NCBI GenBank assembly: GCA_029258795.1
Contig: JAPDKB010000002.1
Span: forward strand, 64,001-128,000
Reading direction: 5' to 3'
Length of the DNA stretch: 64,000 bases
From: an archaeon
GTDB lineage: Archaea; EX4484-52; WAPT01
Shown: positions 29,028 to 38,929 of the stretch, in pieces
Numbering within the stretch: position 1 is the stretch's first letter
Layout: each line of letters starts with the position of its first letter
The notes under the pieces: generated by a model
Told to the model about the DNA's origin: nothing
Database searches by the model: none
The model's input: the letters and a program-made list of their open reading frames with translations, nothing else
Position numbers and translations under genes: made by a program

Positions 29028-30014
29028 ATGGAAATTCAGTACACTTACGAGAACCTGAACTGGATAATACTGACAGCAGGGATCATAATCATTCTACACC
29101 TTCTCGTGCTGAAAAAAAGCAGGGAGCGCGTGATTCTCTTTGCAAATTACGAAACGCTCAGAAAGGTTACTGGAGGTGAGCTAATACATCGCAATCTTGT
29201 GCCTCTTACCCTAAGAGTTCTGGCAGTTATATGTCTTTTGCTCGCGATTTCCAACCTAAAGATTATCGTGATAAAGCCGGTTTCCGATGTGGACTTCGTC
29301 ATTACAATAGATACTTCCCCCACCATGCTCAGCTCTGATGGAGGCAATTTCACCCCCAGCAGGTTGGAAGTGGCTAAAATGGCTGCCGAGCAGGTTGTGG
29401 ATGTGCTGCCCGAAACCACCAAGGTGGGTGTAGTAACATTTGCGGGCAAAGCCAAATTGAAACTTCAACTCACCAACAATAAAGAAGTCATAAAGAAAAC
29501 GCTTGATTCCATCTCTCTTGAGGGGCCTGCGGGCACAGCCATTGGTGATGCAGTAATTGTGGCCTCAATGCTCCTCTCCAACTCAACCAAGGACAAAAAG
29601 GTTGTGGTGCTGATCACAGACGGTAAATCGAATAAGGGCGTATCTATCAACGAATCCGCAAAGTTCGCCCTTGACCATGGTGTGCGCGTCAACGCTATAG
29701 GTGTGGGAAAAAAGAACGTCACTGTGCCCTTCAACATTACAGAGCTGAATTTGACCGAGCTAATCAACGAAAATGCCACCATTTATATGGGAGAGGCGCT
29801 GGATGAACAAGCCCTGCAGTACCTTGCAAACATGACGGGAGGCAAGTACTTCTACGTTCAGAACAGCACGCAGATGCTGGAAGCTTTCAAGGAATCCGTG
29901 CTGAAAGCCAATGCCGTTGAGCTGAATGTGAGAAAGTGGGCCATAATTATTGGCGTCATACTTCTCATTCTCGAATGGGCGCTTGGCGCAACCAAATACA
30001 AAACTTTACCCTGA
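29028..30014 (+). CDS. BatA-like von Willebrand factor A membrane protein
   Basis: N-terminal TMs, MIDAS DTSPTM, GTAIGDA, LITDG and TGGKYF motifs, C-terminal TM. Confidence 0.88.
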   Translation: MEIQYTYENLNWIILTAGIIIILHLLVLKKSRERVILFANYETLRKVTGGELIHRNLVPLTLRVLAVICLLLAISNLKIIVIKPVSDVDFVITIDTSPTMLSSDGGNFTPSRLEVAKMAAEQVVDVLPETTKVGVVTFAGKAKLKLQLTNNKEVIKKTLDSISLEGPAGTAIGDAVIVASMLLSNSTKDKKVVVLITDGKSNKGVSINESAKFALDHGVRVNAIGVGKKNVTVPFNITELNLTELINENATIYMGEALDEQALQYLANMTGGKYFYVQNSTQMLEAFKESVLKANAVELNVRKWAIIIGVILLILEWALGATKYKTLP

Positions 30015-30018
30015 AAAA

Positions 30019-31014
30019 CTATAACCCCCTTCCTGCAGCCCACACATCCAGCCAGTGTATAATCGGCTTGACGAAGGGCTCGTCCGTTATGTATTTCAGG
30101 AGATGTACTCCCGCCCTGTGAAATCCTTTCTCTACCATCTTCATTTGCTTTAAGGCCTCTCTCTTGTATTCTTCAGCATACTTATCCAGATCCACCTCCA
30201 TGACTTTACCTGTCAGCGGATCTTTTAATCTATAATAACCAGTACCCTTGGGAAGCTCGATGTCGCGTCGGTCACGCACCATTATGCCCAGAACACCCTC
30301 AAATTTGGATGACGCCATCCTTAACTTATCCTCCCAATCCCCCTGCAAACCGATAAAATCGGAGATGATGAAGAGCATGGTTTCCCTTCTGAGGATCTTC
30401 ACAGCGAAATCCAGAGCTGAAGAGAAGTCCTTTTTTCCTTTCCAGTTTCTTCTGTCGAGCATGGCTGAAAGGATGCGGTAATAGTGTGCGCTCTCTTTTA
30501 ACGGAGGTACAAATCTATTTATCTTATCAGAAAACATGATGATCCCGGCATTATCTCCATTCTCAAGCGTGGCGTAGGTAATGGCGCCAGCTATAAGCGT
30601 TGCGTACTCACTTTTCAGCCGTTTAGCGGTGCCAAAAAGCATGGTGGGGGAGGCATCAACCATTACAACTACATCAAGATCACGTTCCTGTTCAAAAACC
30701 TTAACGTAAAGCTTTGTAATTGTGCCACCAGCGTTGACCCTCAGAGTCGATTTCCAGTCGATAAGGGAAGCGTCATCACCTTCCTCATACTGCCTGAGTC
30801 CGTAGAACTCAAGACCCTTGCCCCTGAAAACCACCTTGTACTTCAAAACCAGCCTGAAAATGTCCGCAAGTTTCTTGACTTCAACATCTATTTCCTTAAC
30901 AAGCTTCTTGACTTCCTCAGGAACTTCACGCCTTCTTTTTGCTTTTTCCAGCTCTCTTTCCAACTTTTTCTTGTGCGCTTTTCTGTTAACAAGCTTCTTT
31001 ATTTTTGGGCTCAT
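30019..31014 (-). CDS. DUF58 family protein (MoxR-associated)
   Basis: GLEFYGLRQYEEGDDASLIDWK, DASPTM and IISDF motifs. Confidence 0.9.
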   Translation of the reverse strand: MSPKIKKLVNRKAHKKKLERELEKAKRRREVPEEVKKLVKEIDVEVKKLADIFRLVLKYKVVFRGKGLEFYGLRQYEEGDDASLIDWKSTLRVNAGGTITKLYVKVFEQERDLDVVVMVDASPTMLFGTAKRLKSEYATLIAGAITYATLENGDNAGIIMFSDKINRFVPPLKESAHYYRILSAMLDRRNWKGKKDFSSALDFAVKILRRETMLFIISDFIGLQGDWEDKLRMASSKFEGVLGIMVRDRRDIELPKGTGYYRLKDPLTGKVMEVDLDKYAEEYKREALKQMKMVEKGFHRAGVHLLKYITDEPFVKPIIHWLDVWAAGRGL

Positions 31015-31149
31015 GCAAGATGATTTGGTTAAGCTTCCCTAAAAAAGTTTCTCTAATTTTGTGGCTCTGAGATTAAGTATCATAACTTCGTTCACCGAAA
31101 AATATATATAGAATGTTAATCCAATTTTAAAGTAATTCGGTTGGGTGAG

Positions 31150-31767
31150 ATGAAAATGCCATCTCGTAGAGCAATTAAAGATGAAGAATACGAAATACCC
31201 TATGATGATTATGAAGTAATGCCTATAAATCCGTTGCGCAGACTTGAGAAAAGGTTGGAAGCTCTGGAGGAGTCAAGAACACTCTCCAATCTCGAAAGAT
31301 TTATAGACAAGATAATCGATATGACTGAGCTAAATCAAAAGATTGTTGAGGAGGTTGTAAGGTCTAATCAGGGTTTGAGAGAAGAGATTGAAGTGCTTGT
31401 GGGCAAGCTGGATAAGCTTGAGGAAAAAATAGAGCAGTTCGTGGACATTTTGAAAATGCTTGGTGAGGAGGAAGCCAGAAGTGGTGGAGAGGAAGTCATG
31501 ATGAAGATTGCAGAGAAATTTGATGATATCGCCAACAAAATAGCGGAGAGTAACACAAACGTTCTGCAGGCTTTGACATCCATCGATAAGCGTCTGAAGA
31601 AGCTCGCGAGTGAAGGGTCACACATCCACGCAATGCACAAGCCGTCCGCACCACCCGCATCTCCGGCACCACACGGAATGGGGTCGGGAATGCCGCCCAC
31701 TCCATCAGAATTTGGAGCACCCCAACCAACCTCTCCAGGTCCTACTCCTCCACTCAAAAGAATATGA
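31150..31767 (+). CDS. Coiled-coil protein with Pro-rich C-terminal tail
   Basis: Heptads followed by PSAPPASPAP...PTPP; TATA and GGTGA RBS upstream. Confidence 0.7.
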   Translation: MKMPSRRAIKDEEYEIPYDDYEVMPINPLRRLEKRLEALEESRTLSNLERFIDKIIDMTELNQKIVEEVVRSNQGLREEIEVLVGKLDKLEEKIEQFVDILKMLGEEEARSGGEEVMMKIAEKFDDIANKIAESNTNVLQALTSIDKRLKKLASEGSHIHAMHKPSAPPASPAPHGMGSGMPPTPSEFGAPQPTSPGPTPPLKRI

Positions 31768-31773
31768 TAAGGG

Positions 31774-31986
31774 GTGATGATGATGGATAAGCAGACGAAA
31801 AAAATAATAGAATCGATTGAATATTTCGTGCTTCTGCTGGCTCTGGCCATGATAGGTGTGCTGATGGGTATGATGAGTGTTGTGCAGAATCAGCAGGATA
31901 TGCTCGTGATAATTTCGATGATGAATGTGATGGGAATACTGCTTGCGGACATGTTGCTGTTCAAGATTTACAGAGAGAAGAAATGA
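31774..31986 (+). CDS. Small two-TM Met-rich membrane protein
   Basis: Two hydrophobic helices, RBS, operon position. Confidence 0.65.
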   Translation: MMMMDKQTKKIIESIEYFVLLLALAMIGVLMGMMSVVQNQQDMLVIISMMNVMGILLADMLLFKIYREKK

Positions 31987-32005
31987 TAATTGAGAGGTGG
32001 ATTAA

Positions 32006-32467
32006 ATGATGAGGAAAGGTCTGACGCCTATCATAGCGATGGTTTTGCTTTTAATGCTGGCTATAGCCGCAGGAGGTATGCTTTTTGTTTTTGCACAAAA
32101 GATGCAGTCGAGTTTACAGGAAAATGTCCAAAAAGAAATGTTGTCTGAAGCAGAGAGGCAGGCGATGAGGGTTGCTATAGTTAGTGTCTACAAGACAAGT
32201 GAGGGTAAAATTGGTGTGGCTGTAAGAAATATAGGAAGGAAAGATATTCCTACAGATTACATAAGTCTTTATCTAAATGGACAACCCGTATCCGATGTTA
32301 CCTTCAATTGCGACGGCACAATTCAAGTTTTTAAAACCTGTGGATTGAAATTAGACAACATGGACTTTCCGGGAGATGGTGAGCGGTTTACTATCAGAGT
32401 GGATGCTCCCGGGAACACTGATACTAAAGTATGTAAATCAGAGGGCGGGATGTGCGTTCCTCCATAA
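32006..32467 (+). CDS. Archaeal type IV pilin-like protein (class III signal peptide)
   Basis: RKG^LTPIIAMVLLLML; VRNIG beta-sandwich motif. Confidence 0.85.
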   Translation: MMRKGLTPIIAMVLLLMLAIAAGGMLFVFAQKMQSSLQENVQKEMLSEAERQAMRVAIVSVYKTSEGKIGVAVRNIGRKDIPTDYISLYLNGQPVSDVTFNCDGTIQVFKTCGLKLDNMDFPGDGERFTIRVDAPGNTDTKVCKSEGGMCVPP

Positions 32468-32491
32468 ACCTTTTATTTTGTGGTGTTGAGT

Positions 32492-33136
32492 ATGAGGCCG
32501 AAAGCTCAGGTTCAGGCAGTTTCCTATGTATTGGTGTTGGGAATAATCTTAGCCACGGTATCAGCAACCTATTTTTGGGGGTTACCCCTTCTTCAGAAAG
32601 GAGAGGCGACAAGCAAGCTCGAATCTGCAAAAAATACAGCAATGGAAATAGCAGACACTCTTAATGATGTTGCTACAACTGGCTCTCAGAAAACCCTGAC
32701 CTTTAATCTTTACGGGATGGTTAAAATAGATCCAAACGATAATTCCATTTATTACATTATCAGGTCTCAAAAAAGCCCCTATGCCCTGAATGTGTGGATT
32801 CCGCTGGGTAGTGATGAACCACATGGTGTGAAAGGTACGGAATGGGAAAATTCAACCGCGGTTTTGGGTCAGGATCCACCAGCAACTGTTCTTGTCAGGG
32901 CTGAAAGGTATGGTTCAGAATATGTTATTCTCTACAGGATCGCATTTAGAGAACTTTACGATTTGGATAGTGGGGAGAGTTATTATTATAATCTAACAGC
33001 AGGAGGTAATACTCAGGTGACGGCAGGAAGGGCCACATTAACTCTTACTAAAGGAGAACCAACAAGAAGTGGAAGCAACAGTTTAGGCGGCAAAAGGATA
33101 AATGTACCGATCTATGCAGGAGTGAATTCTGGATAG
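32492..33136 (+). CDS. Minor pilin-like protein
   Basis: KA^QVQAVSYVLVLGII...WGLPLL class III-like N-terminus. Confidence 0.75.
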   Translation: MRPKAQVQAVSYVLVLGIILATVSATYFWGLPLLQKGEATSKLESAKNTAMEIADTLNDVATTGSQKTLTFNLYGMVKIDPNDNSIYYIIRSQKSPYALNVWIPLGSDEPHGVKGTEWENSTAVLGQDPPATVLVRAERYGSEYVILYRIAFRELYDLDSGESYYYNLTAGGNTQVTAGRATLTLTKGEPTRSGSNSLGGKRINVPIYAGVNSG

Positions 33137-33153
33137 TTTTTTTTAGTTTTAAG

Positions 33154-33588
33154 TTGGTGAGTGAATTGAAAAGAAAGGGTCAGACTTTAACCCTAGAACA
33201 GGTGCTCGTTTTCAGTATAGGTATTACTATGATTATATCTCTTTTAATTTTAGTTTCCAATATTTATCAGCAGTTGGGGAGAGAAGCCGATGCCGTAATG
33301 GGAGAAACAACGCTCATGTACATTTACGCTGCAGCAAGCCAGCTGGATAAAGAATCATTGCAGAATTACATAAAGATTCCACTTCCAACAACTTCCACAT
33401 TTAGAGATTACCGAATAACAGGGATGGGAGAACTAGGTATAGGAATAGAATTACCCACCTATTCCATCGGTCTGCATTTATCGCTTCATGGAATTAAGGG
33501 CTTTTACGGAGCGGTTGAGAGTGATGATAAATATGCTGTGATTTCGACTGGTGGGGGTTCTCAATTTGTGGGGATCTCCCCACCATAG
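33154..33588 (+). CDS. Minor pilin-like protein
   Basis: RKG^QTLTLEQVLVFSIGI class III-like N-terminus. Confidence 0.72.
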   Translation: MVSELKRKGQTLTLEQVLVFSIGITMIISLLILVSNIYQQLGREADAVMGETTLMYIYAAASQLDKESLQNYIKIPLPTTSTFRDYRITGMGELGIGIELPTYSIGLHLSLHGIKGFYGAVESDDKYAVISTGGGSQFVGISPP

Positions 33589-33590
33589 TT

Positions 33591-34265
33591 CTATTTAACA
33601 ATGGAAAGAAGGTCTTCTATGTCATCGATAATATAGTCGGGCTCAACCTTTCCTTCAAACTTCATCCCCCCATATTTTGCAAAACAGGTTTTCATCCCAA
33701 CGGCTTTAGCTCCGGCTATGTCCACTTCTTCTCTGTCCCCGACATAAAGCGATTCTTCTGGATTTACTCCTGCAATTTTTAAACCAAGCATGAATGGTTC
33801 CGGAGAAGGTTTTCTCTTTCCAGTGTCATCCAGCGTGACCACTATCTTGAAAAAGTGATGTAACTTGAGAGTGCACAATCTTATCCATGCTTTGAGGCGC
33901 GGAGCATCCGTTATTATACCCAGCTTGACTCCACGCCTCATTAGCTCAAGTAATGTGGGTATCACGTGTGGATATGGCTCAAGAAAGCTAACCCTTCTTT
34001 GTCTGTATGCAACGATGGCAGCAGCCAGAATTTTTGGATCGGGCGTGTCCATCACTTCCTTAAGGAAATCATCGAAGATGTGTTTGTACTCCATGCCGTG
34101 CTTATCATAAAGTTTGTAGAGGAGTTCCATCGCCTTATCCCTCTCTATTTTCAGCCCTGCATCCACCATCGCTTCCACACTTCCCTCGAGACACATTCTC
34201 TTGAATCGCATGAAATCCACAAGCGTGTTGTCCAGATCGAAAAACACCGCCTTGATTCGAGTCAT
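33591..34265 (-). CDS. HAD superfamily hydrolase
   Basis: FDLDNTL, IITD, KPSPEPF and VGDREEVDIAGA motifs. Confidence 0.92.
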   Translation of the reverse strand: MTRIKAVFFDLDNTLVDFMRFKRMCLEGSVEAMVDAGLKIERDKAMELLYKLYDKHGMEYKHIFDDFLKEVMDTPDPKILAAAIVAYRQRRVSFLEPYPHVIPTLLELMRRGVKLGIITDAPRLKAWIRLCTLKLHHFFKIVVTLDDTGKRKPSPEPFMLGLKIAGVNPEESLYVGDREEVDIAGAKAVGMKTCFAKYGGMKFEGKVEPDYIIDDIEDLLSIVK

Positions 34266-34322
34266 AAATTTTTAAGAGTGAACAACATTCTTAAAATTAT
34301 AATAACTACAGAAAGATAGAGG

Positions 34323-34898
34323 GTGGATAATGTGGGTCTGCCGTCGGTCATAAAGGTTAAGGGATACAGGTTGGTGAGGAACGACAGTTATGACGAGCCT
34401 CTTTACTCTGTAGTTTTGGAAGCCAGAGCCAAGTCGCTGTCTTCAGCTATAACTAGGTGTATAAGTAAAGCAAAATCAATCGAGGAGATGATACAAGACA
34501 GCTACGGCCTTATATACTATGGATTTGAGGTGCTAACTCAAGTTAAGGATGAGAATTGCTGGCATGCGGTGGTTAGAGCGGACTACATCCCTGATGAATC
34601 AATAAATGACGAAAGTGAGGAGTACGATTACAAGGAATTGTATGATGGGAGGGACGATCTCAGCGTCAAGAAAACCAAGATTGATGTGCGTGGCCAGGCA
34701 GATATAGTCGAATCGATGATTCTTCTCAACATAATCGATGAGCTGGAAATGATATTGATGAGGCCACCACTCATCAGAGATGTTACGCAGGTGGCTAGGG
34801 ATTTAGGTATCAGGAATGCCGCATCTAAACTCATTAATTTATCCAAGAAAGGATTGGTAAGTATAAAAAAAGGGAGAGTGTCCAGAGAGAATTTGTAA
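34323..34898 (+). CDS. Hypothetical protein with probable C-terminal winged helix
   Basis: 191-aa ORF; VTQVARDLG...LSKKGLVSIKKGRV. Confidence 0.55.
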   Translation: MDNVGLPSVIKVKGYRLVRNDSYDEPLYSVVLEARAKSLSSAITRCISKAKSIEEMIQDSYGLIYYGFEVLTQVKDENCWHAVVRADYIPDESINDESEEYDYKELYDGRDDLSVKKTKIDVRGQADIVESMILLNIIDELEMILMRPPLIRDVTQVARDLGIRNAASKLINLSKKGLVSIKKGRVSRENL

Positions 34899-34905
34899 GT
34901 TGAGA

Positions 34906-35310
34906 TTATTGTTGCTTCTTCTTTTTTTCGTACTCCTCAATAAGCTTCTGTAACCCTTCAACAGCCATTTTTGTGCAGTGGACCTTTACTGGAGGCAATC
35001 CACCGAGCTCCTTAACCAGCGATTCGTACGAGAGTTTCTTCGCTTCTTCAATCGTTTTTCCCTTTGCAAGCTCCGCCAGTATGTCGCTGCTTGCTATGGC
35101 TGCAGCACATCCAAATGTTTTGAATTTGATGTCTTCAATTATCTCCTTATCTCCCTCTTTCCTGACTTTCATTGTGAAGCTCATCACATCTCCACACACA
35201 GGATTTCCAACTGTCACTTTGGCATCTGCATCCTCAATTTCTCCTGTATTTCTGGGATTGCGGAAGTGTTCTATGAGCTTCTCAGTGTAAACATCACTCA
35301 ATATTATCAC
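34906..35310 (-). CDS. iscU: Fe-S scaffold IscU/NifU
   Basis: HFRNPRN, GNPVCGD, FGCAAAIAS and LPPVKVHC motifs. Confidence 0.95.
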   Translation of the reverse strand: MIILSDVYTEKLIEHFRNPRNTGEIEDADAKVTVGNPVCGDVMSFTMKVRKEGDKEIIEDIKFKTFGCAAAIASSDILAELAKGKTIEEAKKLSYESLVKELGGLPPVKVHCTKMAVEGLQKLIEEYEKKKKQQ

Positions 35311-35323
35311 CCCTCTTTATGTT

Positions 35324-36496
35324 TCACCCTTTCCATAGCGGCGAGATTTCACGCAACTTATTAACGACTTCCGGAAAGACCTCGAGGAAATAATCCACAT
35401 CCTCATCCGTGTTGAATCTTCCGGCACTTATTCTGATTGAGCCATGCGCTATCTCCGGCCTCAACCCTATCGCTATGAGGACGTGGGACGGCACGAGCTT
35501 GGTGGAAGAGCAAGCGGAGCCAGTGGATACCTCTATTCCGTACTCATCAAGCATCATGACCGTGCTCTCCCCTTCCACCCCCTCTATTGAAAAGTTAACG
35601 TTTCCCGGCAATCTTTTGTTGAGGTCAGAAGGACCATTGAGATAAACCTTTTCCAATCTGCTTGTAATACCTTCTATTATCCTCTTCTGAAGTCTTCTCA
35701 ACTTTTCCTTGTCCTTGCTCACTTCCTCCATAACAAGCTCTGCGGCCTTCCCCATACCGACTATACCCGCAACGTTCTCCGTTCCTGACCTCCTGCCCTT
35801 TTCCTGTCCACCTCCATGCAAGAGAGGGTCGATTTTCACACCGTTCCTGATGTACAAAGCGCCTATTCCTTTCGGAGCGTAGAATTTGTGCCCGCTTATC
35901 GTCATCAAATCCACGCCCAGCTCTTCAACATCCACCTCCGTCTTACCAATTGCCTGACACGCATCCGTATGGAAGTACGCGTCGCTTTTTTCCTTTACAA
36001 TCTGGCACGCTTCCTTCACGGGTTCAAGCGTACCTATCTCATTATTGGCAAGCATTATGGAAACGAGAATTGTATCCTTCCTAAGCGCGTTCTCCAGCTC
36101 TTCCAAGTTTATGAACCCTTCCTTATCCACCTTAAGATACGTGATGTCAAATCCCTGCTTCTCAAGCCACTTGCATGTGTTGAGTATGCATTTGTGCTCT
36201 ATTGGTGTGGCGATTATGTGCTTTCCTTTATCCTTATTGGCAAAAGCAACCCCTTTCAATGCCCAGTTGTTGCTTTCAGTACCGCCGCTGGTAAAGTAAA
36301 CACCACCATCCTTACAGTTTATCATCTTCTCCACCTTTTCCCTGGCATCCTCAACAGCTTCTCTGGCTTCCCTTCCCTTTCTGTGAACATTGTTTGGATT
36401 ACCCCATTTTTCCTTTAGAAAGGGCAACATAGCATCCAAAACTCTCGGATCAACGGGTGTGGTTGAGTTATTGTCCAGATAAACATATCTGTTCAT
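35324..36496 (-). CDS. iscS: Cysteine desulfurase IscS/NifS
   Basis: YLDNNSTT, TSGGTESNN, SGHKFYAPKG, GGGQE..RRSGTEN and STGSACSS motifs. Confidence 0.95.
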   Translation of the reverse strand: MNRYVYLDNNSTTPVDPRVLDAMLPFLKEKWGNPNNVHRKGREAREAVEDAREKVEKMINCKDGGVYFTSGGTESNNWALKGVAFANKDKGKHIIATPIEHKCILNTCKWLEKQGFDITYLKVDKEGFINLEELENALRKDTILVSIMLANNEIGTLEPVKEACQIVKEKSDAYFHTDACQAIGKTEVDVEELGVDLMTISGHKFYAPKGIGALYIRNGVKIDPLLHGGGQEKGRRSGTENVAGIVGMGKAAELVMEEVSKDKEKLRRLQKRIIEGITSRLEKVYLNGPSDLNKRLPGNVNFSIEGVEGESTVMMLDEYGIEVSTGSACSSTKLVPSHVLIAIGLRPEIAHGSIRISAGRFNTDEDVDYFLEVFPEVVNKLREISPLWKG

Positions 36497-36561
36497 GGTG
36501 AGTTCACCTATAACACTGTTATACAAAAAGCTTATATCGTAAAAATTTATAAATGTGTGTA

Positions 36562-38121
36562 TCAGAGAAACGCGCTCACATCCTCCTGCTTTTTCTTCTT
36601 TTCCTCAACCCATTTTCTGACCGCATCTTCCAGCGTGTCCTCAAACAAACTTGCACTGCATTTCCTCTTCCTGATTTTAACGAACACAGGGACATTCACA
36701 GCTTCTCCAACCATCACCGCTTCTCCCGGCTGGAGGGAGGTTATGAGTTCAAGCGCTTCTCTCGTGAGACCTTCCGAACTCTCCTTTATATGATTGAGGT
36801 CGTTCGGGTTTGTTATTCTCATTATGATGTGTGTGTTGCACTGTGCAAGTGCTGTCTGTGAGAGATAGTAGGGGCGCTGAGACACGAGGCATAGACATGC
36901 ATAAAACTTCCTTCCCTCCCTTGCCAGCGTTTCTATGGGCTCCTTTGCCAGCGCTTCATATTTGCTGGCTATAGAAGGGACAAAATTATGTGCTTCCTCC
37001 ACCACCAGCAGGAACGGAGGAACGACACCAGTTACTCTCATCCTGAAAAGCTGCTGTGTGAGGAGCCGCACAATCAGCAGCTTCTTTCTCACGTTTTCCG
37101 TATCGCTCAGATCTATCACGTAGAGATGTGCATGCATTATATCCCTCAGGTTTGGATACGCAACTTTTGAAAACAGGTTTAAGGAAGCAAGAGCGTTCAT
37201 TATTTCTTCCCCCACTTCTCGCTCCTTCTTCTCCAACCCCATGGAATCAAGATTTGCAAGCACGTCTTCCACATCATAACTGCCGTGTTCTTTGAAAAAC
37301 TCTCTTACTTTTGAAATGAAGGAGGATGCTGCCCTTCTTTTTTTGTCTTTTAAGTCAGGAAAAAGCAGTTTTATGAGCTCGACATCCACCACGTCAGTAA
37401 GGGAAAATGACACCTCCCTACCTTTAATTACTGTTGTCATTCTAGCATAATTTGCATCTTCCGCATAGACAGTGTATTCTCCGTGGGGGTCCACAACCAC
37501 CACAGCCGGAACATATCCTCCGTTTTTAGCGATGTCGAACAATTCTTCTATGATCACACTTACCGTGTGGCTTTTACCAGCTCCAGACATCGCAAGAATC
37601 GCAAGGTGTTTCCGAAGCAGTTTTGTCGGATCAACCACCAGGTCTACCTCAGGCTGGAAAAGGAACTTACCGAGCTTAATCCCCGATTCAGCCGTACCTG
37701 TCAGCTTTTTCACATGGTTTGGTGGAGATGGCACCACTTTATCTCCAGGTATGGGTGGAGAAAAACACTTGACGAGATAAAAATCACCATCTCCTTCTTT
37801 TATTTCCCCGATAATTCTGGCATTAGCATATACGGATTGCCATCTCTGCAGATAGGAGCTGCTGCTTGAACTCTCATCAAGCATGTCCGTCATAACAACT
37901 TTATCTTCCATATAGGGGTTATATGCAACTATATCTTCAACAACTGCAACGATTCTATGCCCACGAGAGGTAAGGACCTCCACATACTGATTCTTTCTCA
38001 CTGTATTCATTTCATCTTCATTCTCCTTTATCACGAAAGTAAGGTTTGTGGTGGATGGAGACTTTTCGGCTGACACCACATATCCTATGACTTGATCATC
38101 TTGTAACTCTTTCCCTTTCAT
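36562..38121 (-). CDS. herA: HerA-family bipolar DNA helicase/ATPase
   Basis: HAS-barrel N-terminus, HLAILAMSGAGKS, VDPHGEY, EEAHNF, AREGRKF and SQRP motifs. Confidence 0.9.
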   Translation of the reverse strand: MKGKELQDDQVIGYVVSAEKSPSTTNLTFVIKENEDEMNTVRKNQYVEVLTSRGHRIVAVVEDIVAYNPYMEDKVVMTDMLDESSSSSSYLQRWQSVYANARIIGEIKEGDGDFYLVKCFSPPIPGDKVVPSPPNHVKKLTGTAESGIKLGKFLFQPEVDLVVDPTKLLRKHLAILAMSGAGKSHTVSVIIEELFDIAKNGGYVPAVVVVDPHGEYTVYAEDANYARMTTVIKGREVSFSLTDVVDVELIKLLFPDLKDKKRRAASSFISKVREFFKEHGSYDVEDVLANLDSMGLEKKEREVGEEIMNALASLNLFSKVAYPNLRDIMHAHLYVIDLSDTENVRKKLLIVRLLTQQLFRMRVTGVVPPFLLVVEEAHNFVPSIASKYEALAKEPIETLAREGRKFYACLCLVSQRPYYLSQTALAQCNTHIIMRITNPNDLNHIKESSEGLTREALELITSLQPGEAVMVGEAVNVPVFVKIRKRKCSASLFEDTLEDAVRKWVEEKKKKQEDVSAFL

Positions 38122-38246
38122 AAAGAGAGATGTTGCACGTCAAAATTTTTAAACAGAATATACCCTCTCGACATATTTGCAGTCGCAACTTTTATATATG
38201 GGCAAATCCATAAACATCAGTAAGCTAAGCCCAAAGAGGTGAGTGA

Positions 38247-38675
38247 ATGATGGCAAGGAAAGGTATATCTCCATTGATAGCGGTAGTGTTGCTCGTGGTC
38301 TTTACAGTGGGTATTAGTGTAGTGATATCCAGCTGGCTGAGCAGCTATGCCAAGCAAACCACAGAACAGGCAGGACAGGGCACACAGCAGGCCATAGAGT
38401 GTGCAAAAGCTGTGGTTGACATAACCGATGCAACGAACAACGGCGTGTTTGTGGCAAATGTGGGTGCTACAGACATAACGGTTACGAGATTATACCTCTA
38501 CGACGATAACAACAATATCTGTTCGCAGGATGTGAATCAGAACCTCCAGATAGGAGAAGAAGTGTACATCAACTATAACTTCACAGGATGTCCTGCAGGC
38601 TTTAACAGCGCAGCACTAACAAAGGTCAGAGCAGTGACGAACTGCCCAGGAGTAACAGATGAATACACTTACTAA
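38247..38675 (+). CDS. Archaeal type IV pilin
   Basis: RKG^ISPLIAVVLLVVFTV; own TTTATATA promoter and GAGGTGA RBS; T-rich terminator after the stop. Confidence 0.88.
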   Translation: MMARKGISPLIAVVLLVVFTVGISVVISSWLSSYAKQTTEQAGQGTQQAIECAKAVVDITDATNNGVFVANVGATDITVTRLYLYDDNNNICSQDVNQNLQIGEEVYINYNFTGCPAGFNSAALTKVRAVTNCPGVTDEYTY

Positions 38676-38805
38676 CCGACAAAAATTAGAAAGCAAGATT
38701 TTTCCTCTTTTCTTCTTTTTCATTTATTTTGTGGAGCATCCCATACGGAGTTTCAAAAACTTTAAATACCTTATTGCAATTATAAGAAATATCATCTTCT
38801 GCAGA

Positions 38806-38929
38806 CCCGCCGTAGCTTAGTCTGGTAGAGCGCTCGGCTGTAGGTCTGTGCCGCGTGGTATGGCGCAGCCACGCAGCCAGTTGCTCAGAAACCGAGAGGT
38901 CCCCGGTTCGAATCCGGGCGGCGGGACCA
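38806..38929 (+). tRNA. tRNA-Tyr(GTA) with a 47-nt canonical intron (38844..38890) and an intact T loop
   Basis: C1:G72 acceptor CCCGCCG/CGGCGGG plus ACCA; CTCGG-CT GTA G^...^A-CCGAG; TTCGAAT uninterrupted. Confidence 0.92.
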
